Origin: a virus
Taxonomy: Duplodnaviria > Heunggongvirae > Uroviricota > Caudoviricetes
Direction: 5' to 3' (one strand)
IMG/VR virus record: IMGVR_UViG_2909246061_000001
Span: 1 to 41,135 of that record
DNA length: 41,135 bases
Below the pieces are notes generated by a model, which was not told the origin of the DNA, did not search any database, and saw only the letters and a list, made by a program, of their open reading frames with translations. Position numbers and translations under genes: made by a program. Below are positions 38,060 to 41,135 of this stretch, piece by piece; position 1 is the first letter of the stretch; the number at the start of each line of letters is the position of its first letter.

Positions 38060-39156
38060 ATTTCAGCTCTGAACTGCTTAACAAAGGCAACAAAACTCCG
38101 GCATTCAGCATCAGTATTGAAGGCAGGGATATAACCACTGTGCTGGACAACCGCCTGATGGGGCTTACGCTGACGGATAACCGGGGCTTTGAAGCGGACC
38201 AGCTTGATCTGGAGCTGGACGACGCCGACGGAAAAATCGTGCTGCCGCGCCGTGGTGCGGTCATCACGCTGGCGCTGGGCTGGAAGGGGCAGCCACTTTT
38301 CCCGAAAGGGGCATTCACGGTGGACGAGATTGAACACACTGGCGCACCGGATCGCCTGACTATCCGGGCGCGAAGTGCTGATTTTCGTGAAACTCTGAAT
38401 ACCCGCCGTGAAAAGTCGTGGCACAAGACCACCGTCGGGGAAGTGGTGAAGGAAATAGCCGTACGTCACAAGCTGAAGATGGCACTGGGTAAAGACATGT
38501 CGGATAAGCCCGTGGAGCATATAGACCAGACTAATGAGAGTGACGGCAGTTTTCTGATGCGGCTGGCGCGCCAGTACGGTGCTATTGCGTCGGTGAAAAA
38601 TGGCAATCTGTTATTCATCCGGCAGGGACAGGGTAAAAGTGCCAGCGGTAAACCACTGCCGGTGATCACTATCACACGTAAGGACGGCGACAGTCACCGC
38701 TTTACCCTGGCAGATCGCGGAGCCTATACGGGCGTAATTGCCAGTTGGTTGCATACCCGCGAACCCGCGAAGAAAGAAAGCACAACGGTGAAGCGTAAGC
38801 GCAGGACTAAGAAGCAGAAGAAAGAGCCGGAAGCGAAGCAGGGCGATTACCTGGTGGGTACGGATGAAAACGTGCTGGTACTTAATCGCACTTATGCCAA
38901 CCGGAGCAACGCTGAACGGGCAGCGAAAATGCAGTGGGAACGCCTGCAACGCGGCGTTGCGTCGTTCTCGCTACAACTGGCGGAAGGTCGGGCAGATCTC
39001 TACACGGAAATGCCAGTGAAAGTCAGTGGTTTTAAACAGCCGATAGATGATGCGGAATGGACCATTACGACTCTGACACATACCGTCAGCCCGGATAACG
39101 GTTTTACAACCAGTATTGAACTCGAAGTGAAGATTGATGATCTTGAAATGGAATAA
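38056..39156 (+). CDS. D: tail protein D (P2 gpD, late control gene D family)
   Basis: 366 aa, P2 D position. Confidence 0.85.
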   Translation: MNFSSELLNKGNKTPAFSISIEGRDITTVLDNRLMGLTLTDNRGFEADQLDLELDDADGKIVLPRRGAVITLALGWKGQPLFPKGAFTVDEIEHTGAPDRLTIRARSADFRETLNTRREKSWHKTTVGEVVKEIAVRHKLKMALGKDMSDKPVEHIDQTNESDGSFLMRLARQYGAIASVKNGNLLFIRQGQGKSASGKPLPVITITRKDGDSHRFTLADRGAYTGVIASWLHTREPAKKESTTVKRKRRTKKQKKEPEAKQGDYLVGTDENVLVLNRTYANRSNAERAAKMQWERLQRGVASFSLQLAEGRADLYTEMPVKVSGFKQPIDDAEWTITTLTHTVSPDNGFTTSIELEVKIDDLEME

Positions 39157-39224
39157 GGTGTTCTCAATATTGATATTTTGTGTATCATTACAATGATTCT
39201 GATAGCAAAGGTAGGGATCTGGAT

Positions 39225-39443
39225 ATGATGAATTGTCCAAAGTGTGGTCATGCGGCACACACAAGGAGCAGTTTTCAAGTAACTGAAAGCACCAAAGAGC
39301 GTTACTGCCAGTGCCAAAATATTAACTGCGGGAGCACTTTTGTTACCCATGAAACAGTGGTCCGGTTTATTGTGACACCCGCACTGATTGCTACTGCTCC
39401 TCCACATCCATTGCCAGGTGGTCAGGGGCATATGAATTTTTGA
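39225..39443 (+). CDS. ogr: late gene transcriptional activator Ogr (zinc finger)
   Basis: 72 aa from the ATG at 39225; CPKCGH…CQCQNINC four-Cys motif and HPLP motif as in P2 Ogr. Confidence 0.85.
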   Translation: MMNCPKCGHAAHTRSSFQVTESTKERYCQCQNINCGSTFVTHETVVRFIVTPALIATAPPHPLPGGQGHMNF

Positions 39444-39451
39444 GAAAGAGA

Positions 39452-39475
39452 ACCTGCTACGGCAGGTTTTTATTC
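39452..39475 (+). terminator. terminator hairpin after ogr (bidirectional; overlaps the stop of the convergent 160-aa gene)
   Basis: acctgc-tacg-gcaggt followed by ttttatt. Confidence 0.45.
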
Positions 39476-39952
39476 ATCTGGGATCTCACCCGTTTCAAGA
39501 AAATGTATAAAGCCAGGCTCATCTATGATGATTGTGCCTTTCATCCTGGCTGCCGATACTTTTGATGGGCCTGCATTGTAACCGCAACAGAGCATCTGAA
39601 GGCTTTGGGTTACAGAGGTTCTTACCGTTAATCCTTGTTCATTCGCCTTATCAACCAATCTTTCTTTATCTGCTTTCTTAAATCCGGTAAAACACACATC
39701 GAATGTATTTTTTTTCGGACCTGACTGCTTAGTGAGATGTGAGTAGTTTTCGGGGAGGAATGACGCGCATTCCTGAATGGCTTGTTCTGGTGAATCGTAC
39801 TGTTTAAGAATGCGGTCTTTTCGGAAGGTTTTTATTCGAACGGTGTTCTTACAAATGCCCTGTATATGATTTTCGCTATAACTGATGCTCTGTATAGAGT
39901 GAACACCGATACGACCATTTGCATTGATGTAAACAAAGTGAAGTTCTTCCAT
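39470..39952 (-). CDS. hypothetical 160-aa protein with C-terminal BRCT-like domain and N-terminal WYL-like segment; AT-rich cargo between ogr and the right att
   Basis: ATG at 39952 with AAGAGG RBS; C-terminal CFTGF…GLTV…GYNAGPSKVSAARMKGTIIIDE resembles BRCT domains; N-terminal VRIKTFRKDRI resembles WYL motifs; low GC. Confidence 0.55.
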   Translation of the reverse strand: MEELHFVYINANGRIGVHSIQSISYSENHIQGICKNTVRIKTFRKDRILKQYDSPEQAIQECASFLPENYSHLTKQSGPKKNTFDVCFTGFKKADKERLVDKANEQGLTVRTSVTQSLQMLCCGYNAGPSKVSAARMKGTIIIDEPGFIHFLETGEIPDE

Positions 39953-40032
39953 GTGAAACCTCTTTGCATGATTTCAAGATGGCGACAGGCAAGATGGACG
40001 CAAAAGTCTGTCGCCATTTTGCCGCCACTACC

Positions 40033-40065
40033 AAAGAAAAAGGGGCTACGCTTTCACGTAACCCC
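40033..40065 (-). terminator. ssrA rho-independent terminator (phage-supplied copy inside the prophage right arm)
   Basis: minus-strand hairpin ggggttacg-tgaaag-cgtagcccc followed by tttttcttt, directly after the tmRNA 3' end. Confidence 0.6.
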
Positions 40066-40071
40066 TTGATT

Positions 40072-40120
40072 TATTTGGTGGAGCTGGCGGGAGTTGAACC
40101 CGCGTCCGAAATTCCTACAT
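40072..40120. repeat. 49-bp direct repeat at the prophage right junction, overlapping the ssrA 3' end
   Basis: identical to 5588..5636. Confidence 0.85.
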
Positions 40121-40438
40121 CCTCGGTACTACATGCTTAGTCAGTCTTTACATTCGCTTGCCAGCTGCGGACGGACACGCCACTAACAAACTAGCCTGAT
40201 TAAGTTTTAACGCTTCAACCCCAGGCAGGGCTTCCACGCGATCTCTTTTGGGTTTGACCTCTCTTGATCCCCGTCCTAAGAGCGGAGGCTAGGGAGAGAG
40301 GGCTCTAAGCAGGTTATTAAGCTGCTAAAGCGTAGTTTTCGTCGTTTGCGACTATTTTTTGCGGCTTTTTACGAGGCCAACCGCCCCTCGGCATGCACCT
40401 TGGGTTTCGCAAATCCCGTCGAATCCAGAATCAGCCCC
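40076..40438 (-). ncRNA. ssrA: tmRNA (SsrA), 363 nt, intact
   Basis: reverse complement reads GGGGCTGATTCTGGATTCGACGGGATTTGCGAAACCCAAGGTGCATGCC…GGACGCGGGTTCAACTCCCGCCAGCTCCACCA, matching E. coli tmRNA end to end. Confidence 0.95.
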
Positions 40439-40652
40439 AATGTGTAAAGGTAAGTATACCAGATTTATGAGCGCCATGACCAGCCTCAATGGCGTTATCG
40501 TTAAAGATTTAGCACCCATGTAGCCTGATTTTTATTCGATTAAGCAATGGGATGGCAACATTTGTGTCGGATGTGATAGCCAATAAGATGTTCATTCGCG
40601 CCGCCGGAGAGGGAGGCGCGGTGAGGAACTGGTCAATAATTGGAGTGCAGGT

Positions 40653-41135
40653 TTAACGGTGGGCGTTTTTCATGATACGCGCTTTATCCACCTGCCATTC
40701 GCGCTCTTTGATATCTGAACGTTTATCGTGCTGTTTCTTACCTTTGGCGACGCCGATTTTCACTTTGCACCAGGCATTTTTCCAGTACAGGGAGAGCGCC
40801 ACTACGGTATAGCCTTCTCGATTGACGCGACCGTACAATGAGTCCAGTTCGCGCTGGTTGAGAAGTAACTTGCGGGTACGGGTAGGATCGCACACCACAT
40901 GCGTGGAGGCCACTGCCATTGGCGTGATGTTTGCGCCAAACAGGAACGCTTCTCCGTCACGCAGAAGGACATAGCTGTCGCTGATATTGGCTTTTCCTGC
41001 GCGCAGGGATTTAACTTCCCAGCCTTGCAGGGCAAGTCCCGCTTCGAACTCTTCTTCGATAAAGTATTCGTGACGGGCGCGCTTGTTAAGCGCGATGGTC
41101 GCTGAACCAGGTTTATGTGCTTTTTTCTTCGTCAT
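40653..41135 (-). CDS. smpB: SsrA-binding protein SmpB
   Basis: 160-aa protein [48 protein letters not shown]… essentially identical to E. coli SmpB; upstream of ssrA on the same strand. Confidence 0.95.

Larger units (their letters stand above)
5588..40120. mobile_element. complete P2/186-family temperate prophage integrated in the 3' end of ssrA (about 34.5 kb)
   Basis: bounded by 49-bp direct repeats; contains integrase, CI, CII, A, Q, P, O, N, M, L, X, lysis cassette, R, S, V, W, J, I, H, tfa, invertase, FI, FII, E/E', T, U, D and ogr in P2 order. Confidence 0.9.

Noticed and set aside
39866-40069. 67-aa plus-strand ORF spanning the 160-aa gene start and the ssrA terminator
   Set aside because: Runs across regulatory and terminator sequence and overlaps a better-supported gene on the other strand.

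Overview
This 41 kb window is the smpB-ssrA (tmRNA) integration hotspot of an E. coli-like enterobacterial chromosome. The right edge holds smpB and an intact ssrA, both on the minus strand. A complete P2/186-family prophage of about 34.5 kb (5588..40120) sits directly downstream of ssrA, bounded by 49-bp direct repeats of the ssrA 3' end. It carries a 186-type immunity region, a Dam methylase, replication gene A, an SOS-box-controlled small operon, a cos-like site, the full P2-type structural and lysis gene set, an invertible tail-fibre segment with a Pin/Hin-like invertase, and ogr. Four AT-rich cargo genes are embedded in it; the most interesting is a KAP-type P-loop NTPase between cos and the portal gene, a candidate single-gene anti-phage system. 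Left of the prophage is a decayed older island: a P4/CP4-57-type integrase, a large serine recombinase truncated by IS1, IS1 itself without target duplication, an invertase pseudogene, a degenerate ssrA-flank copy, and an AT-rich ORF split by one amber codon. All calls rest on reading the sequence and recalled family signatures; no database search was run.
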